Positions 20,198 to 29,920 of a DNA stretch of 53,736 bases are shown in pieces; positions within the stretch are counted from its first letter, which is position 1, and each line of letters begins with the position of its first letter. The DNA lies in NCBI GenBank assembly GCA_964517975.1, contig CAZFDM010000301.1, forward strand, positions 1 through 53,736, in the 5' to 3' direction. The notes below the pieces were generated by a model. It was not told the origin of the DNA and did not search any database. It was given only the letters and a program-made list of their open reading frames with translations. This DNA comes from an uncultured Syntrophaceae bacterium. Its GTDB lineage: Bacteria; Desulfobacterota; BSN033; UBA1163. The translations under genes were made by a program, and so were the position numbers.

Positions 20198-20244
20198 ATT
20201 CTCTTTAGAGAGATGAGGTTTTATTGGGGTAGAGGAGAAATAGA

Positions 20245-21264
20245 ATGGAGTTGTTATATCTTCTCATCGAAATCGTGATTAAATGTGTTGTGGTTTTTGC
20301 CTGCCTGATGATCTGTGTGGCCTATCTTACCTGGCTTGAACGGAAGGTTTTGGGCCATATCCAGATTCGTTTTGGGCCAAATCGCTGTGGTCCCTTTGGA
20401 TTGCTTCAGCCCTTTTCAGACGCCATCAAGGCCTTCTTTAAGGAAGACCTTATTCCTGCAAGGGCGGATAAGACGGTCTTCGTCCTTGCTCCGATGATCG
20501 CCATCATCTCAGCCATTAGCCTCTTTGCGGTGATTCCCTTTGGAAATCAGTTTACCATTCCAGGAACGAATTGGGTGGTTAAACTCCGATTGGCCGATGT
20601 AGATATCGGTCTTCTCTATGTCTTTGCCTTTGCCACTCTTGGAGAGTATGGAATCATCTTGGGAGGCTGGGCCTCAGGAAATAAGTATGGACTGACGGGG
20701 TCTCTTCGAGCCGCCGCCCAGATGATTAGTTATGAGGTCTCCCTTGGTCTTTCCATCATTGGGGTGATCATTCTTTCTCAGAGTTTAAGACTCACAGAGA
20801 TTGTCAATCTCCAAGGTGGGGGTTTCTGGAATTGGAATGTCTGGTATCAACCTCTGGCCTTTATCCTTTATATTATATGCGGTCTGGCAGAGATTAATCG
20901 GACGCCATTTGATATGCCCGAGGCTGAATCGGAATTGGCCTGCGGGTTCAACATCGAATATAGCAGTATGAAGTTTGCTCTCTTCTTTATGGCTGAATAT
21001 GCTCATATGATCACCATGGGTGCTGTGGCAGTAACGCTCTTTTGGGGAGGATGGCAGCCTCCTCTCCCTCAACTGGGTTTCATCCCAGGGGTGATCTGGT
21101 TTTGCATCAAATTGTTCGTTTTCGTCTTCTTCTTTATCTGGCAGAGAGGAACCTTTCCAAGACTCCGATACGATCAGATCATGAAGCTTGGCTGGAAGGT
21201 TTTGCTTCCCTTAACTCTTATTAATTTATTGATTACAGGATTCGTTGTCTCACTAAAGGGGTAA
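20245..21264 (+). CDS. nuoH: NADH-quinone oxidoreductase subunit H
   Basis: ERKVLG..Q.R.GPN, QMISYE, PFDMPEAESEL, PRLRYDQ. Confidence 0.96.
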   Translation: MELLYLLIEIVIKCVVVFACLMICVAYLTWLERKVLGHIQIRFGPNRCGPFGLLQPFSDAIKAFFKEDLIPARADKTVFVLAPMIAIISAISLFAVIPFGNQFTIPGTNWVVKLRLADVDIGLLYVFAFATLGEYGIILGGWASGNKYGLTGSLRAAAQMISYEVSLGLSIIGVIILSQSLRLTEIVNLQGGGFWNWNVWYQPLAFILYIICGLAEINRTPFDMPEAESELACGFNIEYSSMKFALFFMAEYAHMITMGAVAVTLFWGGWQPPLPQLGFIPGVIWFCIKLFVFVFFFIWQRGTFPRLRYDQIMKLGWKVLLPLTLINLLITGFVVSLKG

Positions 21265-21267
21265 AAG

Positions 21268-21681
21268 ATGATCATTCCATTATTAAAAGGATTGGGGTTG
21301 ACGCTTTCGAGGTTCTTCTCCAAACCCATCACCATTCAATATCCGGAAGAGAAATTACTCCCTGGAAAAAGGTGGAGGGGAATTCAGTATTTTGAAATGG
21401 ATGAGAAGGGAAAAACAAAGTGCGTGGCCTGTGGCCTCTGCATGGCGGTCTGCCCTTCTCAGTGTATTTATATAGAGACCGCCGAGGATGAACAGGGGAA
21501 TCGATATCCCCTCACCTATGAACTGGATGCATCCCGTTGTATCTTTTGTGGCTTTTGTGAAGAGGCCTGTCCGGTGAAGGCCATATTCTTAGGAAAGAAC
21601 TATGAATGGGTGGAGGGGGATCGAGGGGCCTATCGGATGACGACAGAGAGGCTTTTAGAGGAGAAAAAATTAAATCCCTAA
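21268..21681 (+). CDS. nuoI: NADH-quinone oxidoreductase subunit I
   Basis: TIQYPEE, CVACGLCMAVCP, CIFCGFCEEACP. Confidence 0.95.
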   Translation: MIIPLLKGLGLTLSRFFSKPITIQYPEEKLLPGKRWRGIQYFEMDEKGKTKCVACGLCMAVCPSQCIYIETAEDEQGNRYPLTYELDASRCIFCGFCEEACPVKAIFLGKNYEWVEGDRGAYRMTTERLLEEKKLNP

Positions 21682-21848
21682 TCCCTTAAGTATTTCGTTA
21701 GAAAGGAGAAGGGCTAAGGTAAAGAGGCCCGTAGGGTTATTGGGTTACCTTTTAGGTCTTAACGCATTGAACCTTTTTTGACTTCTAACGTTAGCCGAAA
21801 CGGGCTGCGTAACCGGTGAATGGAAGACAATATTGAGGTAAATGAAAG

Positions 21849-22376
21849 ATGGCTGAAAATATAGGAAACCTATTTCAATGGTTAGTCTTTTTGGGGGCGG
21901 GATTTCTCTCTATTCTTGCCTCGATTCTTGTCATCACCAGGAAGAATCCGATCCACAGTGCCCTCTTTATGGTCCTGACTTTCCTTTGTGTGGCAGTGCT
22001 CTATCTATTGCTCCACAGTCAGTTTATTGCCATCATTCAGGTCGTCGTCTATGCAGGGGCAATCGTCATGTTGATCGTCTTTGTCATCATGCTCCTTGAC
22101 CTGGAGGAAGAACTTCGGAGAGGGCTAAAAATCGTCTATTCAAAAGTGGTTGGGAGTTTTTTGGCCCTCCTTTTTCTGCTTGGAATTCTTTATTCGGTGG
22201 TTGCCAAATCACCCACAGGGAAATTGGGTGTTTATACCTTGGATAAGATGAAAACCAGTACAAAGACGTTTGGTGAAGTCCTCTTTACCCAGTATCTCTT
22301 CCCATTTGAGGTGGTCTCTATACTCCTGGTAGCCGCCATCATTGGGGCTGTGGTGCTAAGTAAAAGGAGAAAATAA
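21849..22376 (+). CDS. nuoJ: NADH-quinone oxidoreductase subunit J
   Basis: [25 protein letters not shown]. Confidence 0.95.
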   Translation: MAENIGNLFQWLVFLGAGFLSILASILVITRKNPIHSALFMVLTFLCVAVLYLLLHSQFIAIIQVVVYAGAIVMLIVFVIMLLDLEEELRRGLKIVYSKVVGSFLALLFLLGILYSVVAKSPTGKLGVYTLDKMKTSTKTFGEVLFTQYLFPFEVVSILLVAAIIGAVVLSKRRK

Positions 22377-22387
22377 GGAGAAGATTT

Positions 22388-22705
22388 ATGTGGACTGTTC
22401 CAACTATTCCTCCTGAGTTATATCTCGTATTAAGTGGAATCCTTTTTACAATTGGTGTGATTGGGGCCTTGACACGCCGAAATGCTATTGTGGTCTTCAT
22501 GTCCATCGAATTGATGTTAAATGCGGTCAACCTCAGTTTTATCACCTTCTCCCGTTTTCTCCAATCGATGGATGGGGTGGTCTTTGCCTTTTTTGTGATG
22601 GCCGTAGCAGCGGCTGAGGCGGCGGTGGGGTTAGCCATCTTTGTCATGCTCTATCGCTCGAGGGAAACCATCAATGTGGACGAAGTCAACATCTTAAAGT
22701 GGTAA
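22388..22705 (+). CDS. nuoK: NADH-quinone oxidoreductase subunit K
   Basis: [20 protein letters not shown]. Confidence 0.96.
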   Translation: MWTVPTIPPELYLVLSGILFTIGVIGALTRRNAIVVFMSIELMLNAVNLSFITFSRFLQSMDGVVFAFFVMAVAAAEAAVGLAIFVMLYRSRETINVDEVNILKW

Positions 22706-22770
22706 GTTCGGAGTTCAGAGTTCGGAGTTTAACATTAAATGCTCCAAACTCCGAACGAATTACTCCGAAC
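22706..22770. repeat. Intergenic inverted heptamer array (nuoK-nuoL)
   Basis: GTTCGGA-GTTCAGA-GTTCGGA ... CTCCAAA-CTCCGAA-CGAATTA-CTCCGAAC. Confidence 0.75.
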
Positions 22771-22790
22771 GGATACAAGGGGAGTTTTTC

Positions 22791-24779
22791 ATGTTCGACT
22801 ATGTTTGGTTAGTTCCTGCTTTTCCAGCCATCGGATTTTTACTGAATGGTCTTTTGGGGAGACGATATAGCAAGAAGGTCGTCGGTTGGGTGGCCTGTTC
22901 AGCACTGGGTCTCTCCTTTCTCACTTCCATCCTTATCTTCTTTGCGCTCATCGGAAGGCCACCCACTGAACGATTTTATGAAAAGGTGATCTTCGACTGG
23001 GTGGTCTCAGGTTCTTTCCAGACCGTGATCGGATACCAGATCGATCCTCTTTCTATTCTCATGGCGCTGGTGGTCACGGGAGTGAGTTTCTTCATCCACA
23101 TCTATTCCGTTGGATATATGCATGACGACCCAGGCTACCCACGTTATTTTACCTATCTCAATCTCTTTGTCTTCATGATGCTTAACCTTGTCCTTGCCAA
23201 TAATTTCCTTCTGATGTTTGTAGGATGGGAAGGAGTAGGGCTCTGTTCCTACCTGTTGATTGGGTTCTGGTTTGAAAAGGACTCTGCGGCGAATGCAGGG
23301 AAGAAGGCCTTTGTGGTGAACCGTGTAGGGGACTTTGGGTTTATCCTTGGAATGTTCCTTCTCTTTACCAGCCTTGGTCAAAAGGGAATCTGGACCCTCG
23401 ATTTCACAGAGGTCTTTCAGAATGCTCATCTTCTCGATCCTACCACCGTCACCCTCATCACCATCCTTCTCTTTATTGGAGCCTGCGGCAAATCCGCCCA
23501 GATTCCACTCTATGTTTGGCTTCCGGATGCTATGGAAGGACCTACTCCGGTCAGTTCTCTCATCCATGCTGCCACCATGGTGACCGCAGGGGTTTATATG
23601 ATCGCCCGGTGCAATGTGCTTTACAGCATGGCACCTATCTCCATGGCCATTGTAGCGATTGTGGGTGTGGCCACCGCCATCTACACCGCCTCGATTGGAT
23701 TTTGCCAGAACGATATTAAGAAGGTATTAGCCTATTCGACAATCAGCCAGTTGGGTTATATGTTCTTAGGAGTAGGGGTTGGAGCCTTCAGCGCTGGAAT
23801 CTTTCACCTGATGACCCATGCCTTTTTCAAAGGGCTCCTCTTCCTTGGAGCAGGCAGTGTCATGCATGCCCTGAGTGGGGAACTGGATATGAGGAAGATG
23901 GGAGCGCTAAGGACAAAGATTCCCATCACCTTCTGGACCTTCTTCATTGCTACCCTGGCTATTGCAGGGATTCCCGGGCTTTCAGGATTTTTTAGCAAGG
24001 ATGAGATCCTCTGGCAAGCATTCTCAAGTTCCCATGGTCATTTCTTACTCTGGCTGGTCGCGGCAGTGGCTGCTGGGATGACCGCCTTCTATATGTTCAG
24101 AGCCCTGTTTTTGACCTTCTTTGGGGAGTCAAGGGTTGATCCTCATGTAGCACACCATATCCATGAATCTCCTAAGATCATGACCATTCCTCTCATTATC
24201 CTCGCTATTCTCTCTGTCATCGGAGGATACGTGGGTGTTCCCCATGTCTTAGGAGGAGCCAATCATATCCATGAATTTCTGGCCCCTGTTTTAGGAGGAG
24301 GGGAACCTGCCAAGGCCCATTCAGCCATCACTCTTCTTTCCCAAGCCTGGGCCTCGGGAGGAGAGGGAGTAGGTCATTCTGCTGCGTTGGAACTTCTCAT
24401 GATGGTGGTTTCAGTCATCATTGCCCTGATTGGAATTGGAATCGCCTACCTCTTCTATATCAAAAACCCAGAACTTCCAAAACAGTTGGCTGAGAGGTGG
24501 AAGAGGTTATATACCCTAATCTACAACAAGTACTATGTGGATGAGATTTATGAAGTTCTCTTTGTCAACTCCTTAAAGGGCTTAGGCACAGGCCTCTGGA
24601 GGGGTTTTGATGACTTTGTGATCGATGGAACGGTCAATGGCATTGCTTATCTTATTGGGTTAATTTCAAGGGTGATGAGAAGGATGCAGACTGGGTTTGT
24701 TCAGAACTATGCCTTTTCGATGATCCTTGGCGCTGTGATTATCGCAGGATATTACCTTGTGCGTGCCATTTTCTATTAG
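22791..24779 (+). CDS. nuoL: NADH-quinone oxidoreductase subunit L
   Basis: GWEGVG, GKSAQIPL..WLPDAMEGPTPVS, HAFFK. Confidence 0.96.
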   Translation: MFDYVWLVPAFPAIGFLLNGLLGRRYSKKVVGWVACSALGLSFLTSILIFFALIGRPPTERFYEKVIFDWVVSGSFQTVIGYQIDPLSILMALVVTGVSFFIHIYSVGYMHDDPGYPRYFTYLNLFVFMMLNLVLANNFLLMFVGWEGVGLCSYLLIGFWFEKDSAANAGKKAFVVNRVGDFGFILGMFLLFTSLGQKGIWTLDFTEVFQNAHLLDPTTVTLITILLFIGACGKSAQIPLYVWLPDAMEGPTPVSSLIHAATMVTAGVYMIARCNVLYSMAPISMAIVAIVGVATAIYTASIGFCQNDIKKVLAYSTISQLGYMFLGVGVGAFSAGIFHLMTHAFFKGLLFLGAGSVMHALSGELDMRKMGALRTKIPITFWTFFIATLAIAGIPGLSGFFSKDEILWQAFSSSHGHFLLWLVAAVAAGMTAFYMFRALFLTFFGESRVDPHVAHHIHESPKIMTIPLIILAILSVIGGYVGVPHVLGGANHIHEFLAPVLGGGEPAKAHSAITLLSQAWASGGEGVGHSAALELLMMVVSVIIALIGIGIAYLFYIKNPELPKQLAERWKRLYTLIYNKYYVDEIYEVLFVNSLKGLGTGLWRGFDDFVIDGTVNGIAYLIGLISRVMRRMQTGFVQNYAFSMILGAVIIAGYYLVRAIFY

Positions 24780-24830
24780 AGGGTTTAACACGAATTACGG
24801 AAACGATTTGATAAAAAAGGAGTCGGTTTC

Positions 24831-26381
24831 ATGACAATCTTAGGTATTCCGATCTTATCCCTGGTGACCTTTTTCCCACTTTTGGGCGCCGTTGTTTTAC
24901 TCTTTATCGATAAAGAGAACCTGAAGGCACTTCGGTGGGTTGCCTTGCTCTTTGCCCTGGTTGAATTTATCTTCTCCTTACCCCTCTTCTTCGCCTTCAA
25001 TCCAAAGATCGCAGAGATGCAGTTTGTGGAGGATTGGTGGTGGGTCGAGTCCTATGGGATCAGTTACAAATTGGGAATTGATGGGATCAGCCTCCTGCTC
25101 GTCCTTCTCACGACCTTCCTGACTGTTCTCTGTATTCTCTGTTCTTGGAGTGCGATCACCTTTCGGGTGAAGGAATATATGATCTCCTTTCTCTTTCTTG
25201 AAACGGGGATGGTAGGTGCCCTGGTTGCCTTGGACCTTATCCTCTTCTATGTCTTCTGGGAGGTAATGCTCATCCCCATGTATCTTCTGATTGGTGTCTG
25301 GGGAGACCCCAAGAGAAGAATCTATGCGGCGATCAAATTCTTCCTCTTTACCATGGCAGGAAGTGTTTTGATGCTGGTGGCCATCTTAACCCTTTACTTC
25401 ATCAATCAGAAGGCAACAGGAAAGGCCACCTTCGATGTCCTTGAACTCTATAAACTCGGACTTCCAATCGGAACTCAATATTGGCTCTTTTCTGCTTTTG
25501 CTCTGGCCTTTGCCATCAAGGTCCCGATGTTTCCTTTCCACACCTGGTTGCCCGACGCCCATACCGAGGCTCCCACTGCTGGAAGTGTGATCCTGGCCGG
25601 AGTTTTATTGAAGATGGGAACCTATGGATTCATTCGATTTGCCATCCCCCTCTTCCCAAATGCAGCCTATGAATTGATGCCCCTCATCTCGGTTCTGGCG
25701 CTTATTGGGATTATTTATGGGGCCTTGGTTTCGATGATGCAACCTGACCTAAAACGCCTGGTTGCCTTCTCAAGCGTGAGCCACCTCGGTTATGTGATGC
25801 TTGGAATGTTTGCTTTCAACATGCAGGGAGTCCAGGGGTCCATCTATCAGATGCTCAATCACGGGATCAGCACAGGATCCCTCTTCTTGATCGTCGGAAT
25901 GATCTATGAGCGACGACATACCAGGATGATCGCTGATTTTGGAGGACTTTCAAAGGTGATGCCCATCTATGCAGCCTTCTTTATGATTGTCACCCTCTCC
26001 TCGATTGGACTTCCGAGCACAAACGGATTTGTAGGAGAATTTTTAATCCTGTTGGGAGCCTTTCAATCGAATACGGTTTATGGGGTACTGGCTGCCACAG
26101 GGGTGATCCTGGGGGCAGCCTATATGCTCTGGATGTTTCAGAGGGTGATGTTTGGAAAAATCACAAGGCCTGAAAATGAAGGACTGAAAGATCTAAATGG
26201 TCGGGAGATCGTGACCCTTATCCCCATGGTCATCCTGATCTTCTTGATGGGAATCTATCCAAAACTCTTCTTCAGCAAAATGGATGTGAGCGTTGAGAAA
26301 TTTTTAAAGGATTTCAAGGGAAGGGTTGAAATGAAAGCAGACCTACCTTCCCCGGAGATATTAGCAGAAGTTAAGAGATAA
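24831..26381 (+). CDS. nuoM: NADH-quinone oxidoreductase subunit M
   Basis: [33 protein letters not shown]. Confidence 0.96.
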   Translation: MTILGIPILSLVTFFPLLGAVVLLFIDKENLKALRWVALLFALVEFIFSLPLFFAFNPKIAEMQFVEDWWWVESYGISYKLGIDGISLLLVLLTTFLTVLCILCSWSAITFRVKEYMISFLFLETGMVGALVALDLILFYVFWEVMLIPMYLLIGVWGDPKRRIYAAIKFFLFTMAGSVLMLVAILTLYFINQKATGKATFDVLELYKLGLPIGTQYWLFSAFALAFAIKVPMFPFHTWLPDAHTEAPTAGSVILAGVLLKMGTYGFIRFAIPLFPNAAYELMPLISVLALIGIIYGALVSMMQPDLKRLVAFSSVSHLGYVMLGMFAFNMQGVQGSIYQMLNHGISTGSLFLIVGMIYERRHTRMIADFGGLSKVMPIYAAFFMIVTLSSIGLPSTNGFVGEFLILLGAFQSNTVYGVLAATGVILGAAYMLWMFQRVMFGKITRPENEGLKDLNGREIVTLIPMVILIFLMGIYPKLFFSKMDVSVEKFLKDFKGRVEMKADLPSPEILAEVKR

Positions 26382-26456
26382 GAGTTATGAGTTCGGAGTC
26401 CTAAGGTCGGAATATCAAAATTAATCTATCCGAACCTCGAACGAATTACTCCGAAC
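26382..26456. repeat. Intergenic inverted heptamer array (nuoM-nuoN)
   Basis: GAGTTAT-GAGTTCG-GAGTCCT ... TCCGAAC-CTCGAAC-GAATTAC-TCCGAAC; shares the exact 19-mer CGAACGAATTACTCCGAAC with 22752-22770. Confidence 0.75.
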
Positions 26457-26473
26457 TATCCGGAGGATATTGA

Positions 26474-27925
26474 ATGAAACTACCAGAGATTGACCTTTAC
26501 CTGATTGCTCCAGAGATTGTGGTGACCGCCTTTGGGTTTTTGGTGCTTCTGGTTGATGTGTTCACCCCCAGAGCAGAGAGAAAGAGTTACTTGGGAATTA
26601 TCTGTCTCATTGGAATTATTCTTGCCTTCCTTTTTACCCTTCCCCAGATTGGCTCTGTTAAAACCGGTTTTGGAGGAATGTTTACCTCAGATGGCTTTGC
26701 CCTGTTTTTCAAAGTCCTCTTTTTAATTATTGCCTTTTTAACTATTCTGATCTCGATGGGCTATGTGCAGAGAGAGGGAATAGAGTTTGGGGAATATTAT
26801 GCCTTAATCCTTTTTTCTACCCTTGGAATGATGCTGATGTCAGCAGGGACCCATCTGATCACCATCTTTCTGGGACTGGAGACCATGTCGATTTCAATCT
26901 ACATCCTGGCTGGAATGATGAGGGAGGATAAAAGATCAATTGAGGCTGCCATGAAGTATTTTCTACTGGGTGCCTTTGCAACAGGTTTTCTTCTCTATGG
27001 AATTGCCCTTCTTTATGGAGCGACCGGATCCCTTCATCTTAAAGAGGTGGGCTCCTACATCGCTTCTAAAAATTTGCTAAAGAACCCGATGCTGATGATG
27101 AGTCTGGTCTTTCTGACCATCGGTTTTGGATTCAAGATCGCCTCCGTCCCTTTCCATATGTGGACCCCAGATGTCTATGAAGGGGCCCCTACCTCGATCA
27201 CCGCCTTTATGGCCACAGGGGTGAAAGCAGCAGGCTTTTCAGCACTGGTCAGGGTCTTCTTTTCTGCGCTGCCAGGATTTCGGCCGGACTGGACTTCGAT
27301 CATGTGGCTGATTGCGGTGGCGACCATGACCGTGGGCAACATCGTTGCCATCTCCCAGGAAAACATTAAAAGGATGCTGGCCTATTCAAGCATTGCCCAT
27401 GCAGGGTATATCCTCGTAGCCTTCGTAGCAGGAAATAACTTAGGAACTTCGGGAATTCTCTTTTACCTTATGGCTTATGCCTTTATGAATATTGGGGCTT
27501 TTACCGTGGTCATTCTCCTCGGGAAAAAGGGGGAAGAGAATACTCTAATCACTGATTATGCAGGCATTGGATTCAAATATCCACTTCTTGCTGCCTCGAT
27601 GACCATCTTTCTTCTGTCCATGGCTGGGATCCCACCACTGGGCGGGTTCATGGCCAAGTTTTATGTCTTCAGTGCCGCCGTGGAATCAAAATTCTACTGG
27701 CTGGTTATCATTGGTGTGCTTAACAGTGCAGTCTCGGTTTATTACTATCTCAGAGTGACCGTTCTGATGTATTTCAGGGAATCGGAGCGGGAGATCACAG
27801 GACTCCAGTTTTCACCGGCTTCAGTGTTTGCACTGATCGTGGCGGTCGTTGGGACTCTCTATATGGGAATCTTTCCTGCCAATGTTCTTTCCTTCGCACA
27901 GAAGTCCATTGCAGGATTAATGTAG
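26474..27925 (+). CDS. nuoN: NADH-quinone oxidoreductase subunit N
   Basis: KYFLLG, PFHMWTPDVYEGAPT, KRMLAYSSIAH. Confidence 0.96.
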   Translation: MKLPEIDLYLIAPEIVVTAFGFLVLLVDVFTPRAERKSYLGIICLIGIILAFLFTLPQIGSVKTGFGGMFTSDGFALFFKVLFLIIAFLTILISMGYVQREGIEFGEYYALILFSTLGMMLMSAGTHLITIFLGLETMSISIYILAGMMREDKRSIEAAMKYFLLGAFATGFLLYGIALLYGATGSLHLKEVGSYIASKNLLKNPMLMMSLVFLTIGFGFKIASVPFHMWTPDVYEGAPTSITAFMATGVKAAGFSALVRVFFSALPGFRPDWTSIMWLIAVATMTVGNIVAISQENIKRMLAYSSIAHAGYILVAFVAGNNLGTSGILFYLMAYAFMNIGAFTVVILLGKKGEENTLITDYAGIGFKYPLLAASMTIFLLSMAGIPPLGGFMAKFYVFSAAVESKFYWLVIIGVLNSAVSVYYYLRVTVLMYFRESEREITGLQFSPASVFALIVAVVGTLYMGIFPANVLSFAQKSIAGLM

Positions 27926-28009
27926 CATTCGGATTTTTATAACCCCCGCCTTCGAAGCTAAGCATCCCATCAAGATAAGAGACAAATTTATTAAGATCGC
28001 ACCTTAAAA

Positions 28010-28028
28010 CCCCGTCCTGTGGACGGGG
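28010..28028. repeat. GC-rich palindrome, directly repeated at 29494-29512
   Basis: CCCCGTCC-TGT-GGACGGGG versus CCCCGCCC-TGT-GGGCAGGG, each preceded by TTAAA plus one base. Confidence 0.65.
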
Positions 28029-28143
28029 ATGAAAGGTGTGTATGCTGAAAGCAGAAAAAATAAACCAGATGCTGATATCATGAAAACGCTGTTCCTCCAA
28101 ATAGTGTAGAATATATCTTAAAACTCGAAAGGAGGAACGGAAA

Positions 28144-29229
28144 ATGGGACTTATTCTTGCTAAAACAGTAATTGGTATGGACATTGGTAAAAAGTATTCC
28201 TGGTGCGAAGCGGTTTCCACAGAGACCGGAGAGGTCCTCAAAGAGAGAAGGCTTCCCAATAGGAAGGAAGACTTTATTTCTTTCGTTGAAGCTCTTCCGA
28301 CCCCTATTCGCCTGGTCATGGAAGCCACCGGCAACTCTCCCTATCTTTACGAGTGCTGGGAAGACTTGGTCGAGGAGATCCAGCTCGCCCATCCCCTCAA
28401 GACCAAGGCGATTGCTTCGGCCAAGATCAAGACGGATCGAATCGATGATGGCATTCTGGCCCATTTGGGGATGGCCGATCTGGTCCCTCAAGCCTATTTT
28501 CCTCCCAGAGAGGTGAGGGATCTCAGAGAGATTCTGAGGCATCGGGCTTTCATGGTGGCCCTCCAAACGAGAGTCAAGAACAGGATCCATTCCTACCTTT
28601 GGAAATTGGGGATCGAGACAAAAGACACGGACCTCTTCGGGAAATCGGGTCTTTCGTGGCTCAAGGGGCTTCAAACCAGAGAACCTTACCGAGCTCTTCT
28701 TGACCAGGATCTTAAAATCTTGGAGGTTCTTCAACAAGAGATTAAGAATGCCACTAAGACGATTGATCGTCTTGCCAAAGAAGATCCGAGGGTGAAACTG
28801 ATCCTTACCATTAGAGGGATTGGGAAATACTCTGCCATGCTCATTTTGGCCGAGATCGGAGAGATTAACCGATTCCCTGACCCTAAGAAATTGGTTTCTT
28901 ACAGTGGTCTCTGCCCCTCGACCTTCCAGTCTGGAAGAGTCTCCTATCATGGAAAGATTACTAAACAAGGGTCGAAATGGTTGAGATGGATCCTGGTGGA
29001 GGCTGCCCAGAAGTACGGCAGAGCTCCTGGGAAGCTGGGCGATCTCTTCAGGAGAATTGAAAAGAAGAAGGGAAGAAAGACGGCAAAGGTGGCTGTGGCC
29101 AGACAGATATTGGTTAGCATCTATCATTGTCTGAACAAAGGTGTAACCTTTGAAGAAACCCCTAAGAGGGTGAAAAGAATTGAGTCCCAACACGCCCCAC
29201 TTGTTTCTGGGTGCTGTGACACCCCCTGA
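28144..29229 (+). CDS. IS110 DEDD recombinase/transposase
   Basis: GMDIGK, VMEATG, KTDRIDD, YSGLCPSTFQSG, AVAR; AGGAGG ribosome-binding site. Confidence 0.95.
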   Translation: MGLILAKTVIGMDIGKKYSWCEAVSTETGEVLKERRLPNRKEDFISFVEALPTPIRLVMEATGNSPYLYECWEDLVEEIQLAHPLKTKAIASAKIKTDRIDDGILAHLGMADLVPQAYFPPREVRDLREILRHRAFMVALQTRVKNRIHSYLWKLGIETKDTDLFGKSGLSWLKGLQTREPYRALLDQDLKILEVLQQEIKNATKTIDRLAKEDPRVKLILTIRGIGKYSAMLILAEIGEINRFPDPKKLVSYSGLCPSTFQSGRVSYHGKITKQGSKWLRWILVEAAQKYGRAPGKLGDLFRRIEKKKGRKTAKVAVARQILVSIYHCLNKGVTFEETPKRVKRIESQHAPLVSGCCDTP

Positions 29230-29296
29230 TGCTGATTGGCCGGTTGGGACTCGGATTGCTATCGTGTGCGAAGTTAGCACGCATAAGTGAATGAGT
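29182..29296 (+). ncRNA. Predicted bridge RNA / seekRNA of the IS1111 element (core, boundaries approximate)
   Basis: Two stem/internal-loop/hairpin modules whose loop strands match the target and donor sequences (see findings). Confidence 0.75.
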
Positions 29297-29435
29297 ATTC
29301 TCCTATAGAAGTATAACAAAACCATGTTCACTCTTTCTTTTGGAATAGGTGTTTTATGCTATTTCGAACTTGACACGGCGTTTTCATAAGTGAAATAAGT
29401 TCAGCATGACATGACGGTTAGGTTCTGGTCTTTTT

Positions 29436-29461
29436 GTCATCCCGAACTTGTTTCGGGATCT
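29436..29461 (-). repeat. REP-like palindrome, sister of the IS-interrupted copy
   Basis: Reverse complement AGATCCCGAAACAAGTTCGGGATGAC versus reconstituted AGATGCTGAAATAAGTTCAGCATGAC. Confidence 0.75.
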
Positions 29462-29650
29462 CAGTTTTGGGTTTTAGAATTTAGGTTTTAAAGCCCCGCC
29501 CTGTGGGCAGGGTTAAGAGATACCTATAATACTATCCCTCGCTACCCTGTCATTGACCCCATCGGTAGAACGGAAGTAAAAAATGGCTGAAGAAAAGGAG
29601 AAAGAAATCATGGTTATTTTACAGATGCCTCAGGACAAAAACAGGCCGAG

Positions 29651-29812
29651 TTGGGAGACGCGGAGGCTTACAACAATCGCGGGATTGCCTATTACTTTAA
29701 GAGAGAATTTGAAAAATCATTGAAAGACATTGAGAAAGCACAAAGTTTATCCTGTCAGATTAATCCCCAATTTCTTGATGAACTTCGCAAGGTTTCTGGG
29801 AGAAAGAGTTAA
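29651..29812 (+). pseudogene. TPR-protein C-terminal remnant
   Basis: DAEAYNNRGIAYYFKREFEKSLKDIEKA is one TPR; no in-frame ATG upstream before the stop at 29588. Confidence 0.65.
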
Positions 29813-29920
29813 AAAATTGAAAGCCTGATGGAAAGGTATAGAAATCAGGGAAATTGGAGCCATCCCTTGTGGGAAAGAACTACGGGATCAAATCTGCTTA
29901 TGGAGGCAAAGAATGGCTGA

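Larger units (their letters stand above)
28073..29393 (+). mobile_element. IS110-family, IS1111-subgroup insertion sequence
   Basis: TGA at both junctions (28073-28075, 29391-29393); subterminal inverted repeats ATGAAAACGCTGT (28080-28092) and ACGGCGTTTTCAT (29375-29387), 12/13 match; long 3' non-coding end. Confidence 0.9.

Noticed and set aside
22706-22770. CRISPR array in intergenic repeats
   Set aside because: 7-nt tandem units without unique spacers; no cas genes
28078-29331. 417-aa minus-strand ORF (and 27795..28334)
   Set aside because: Antisense shadows of the IS110 recombinase and nuoN end; no recognisable motifs
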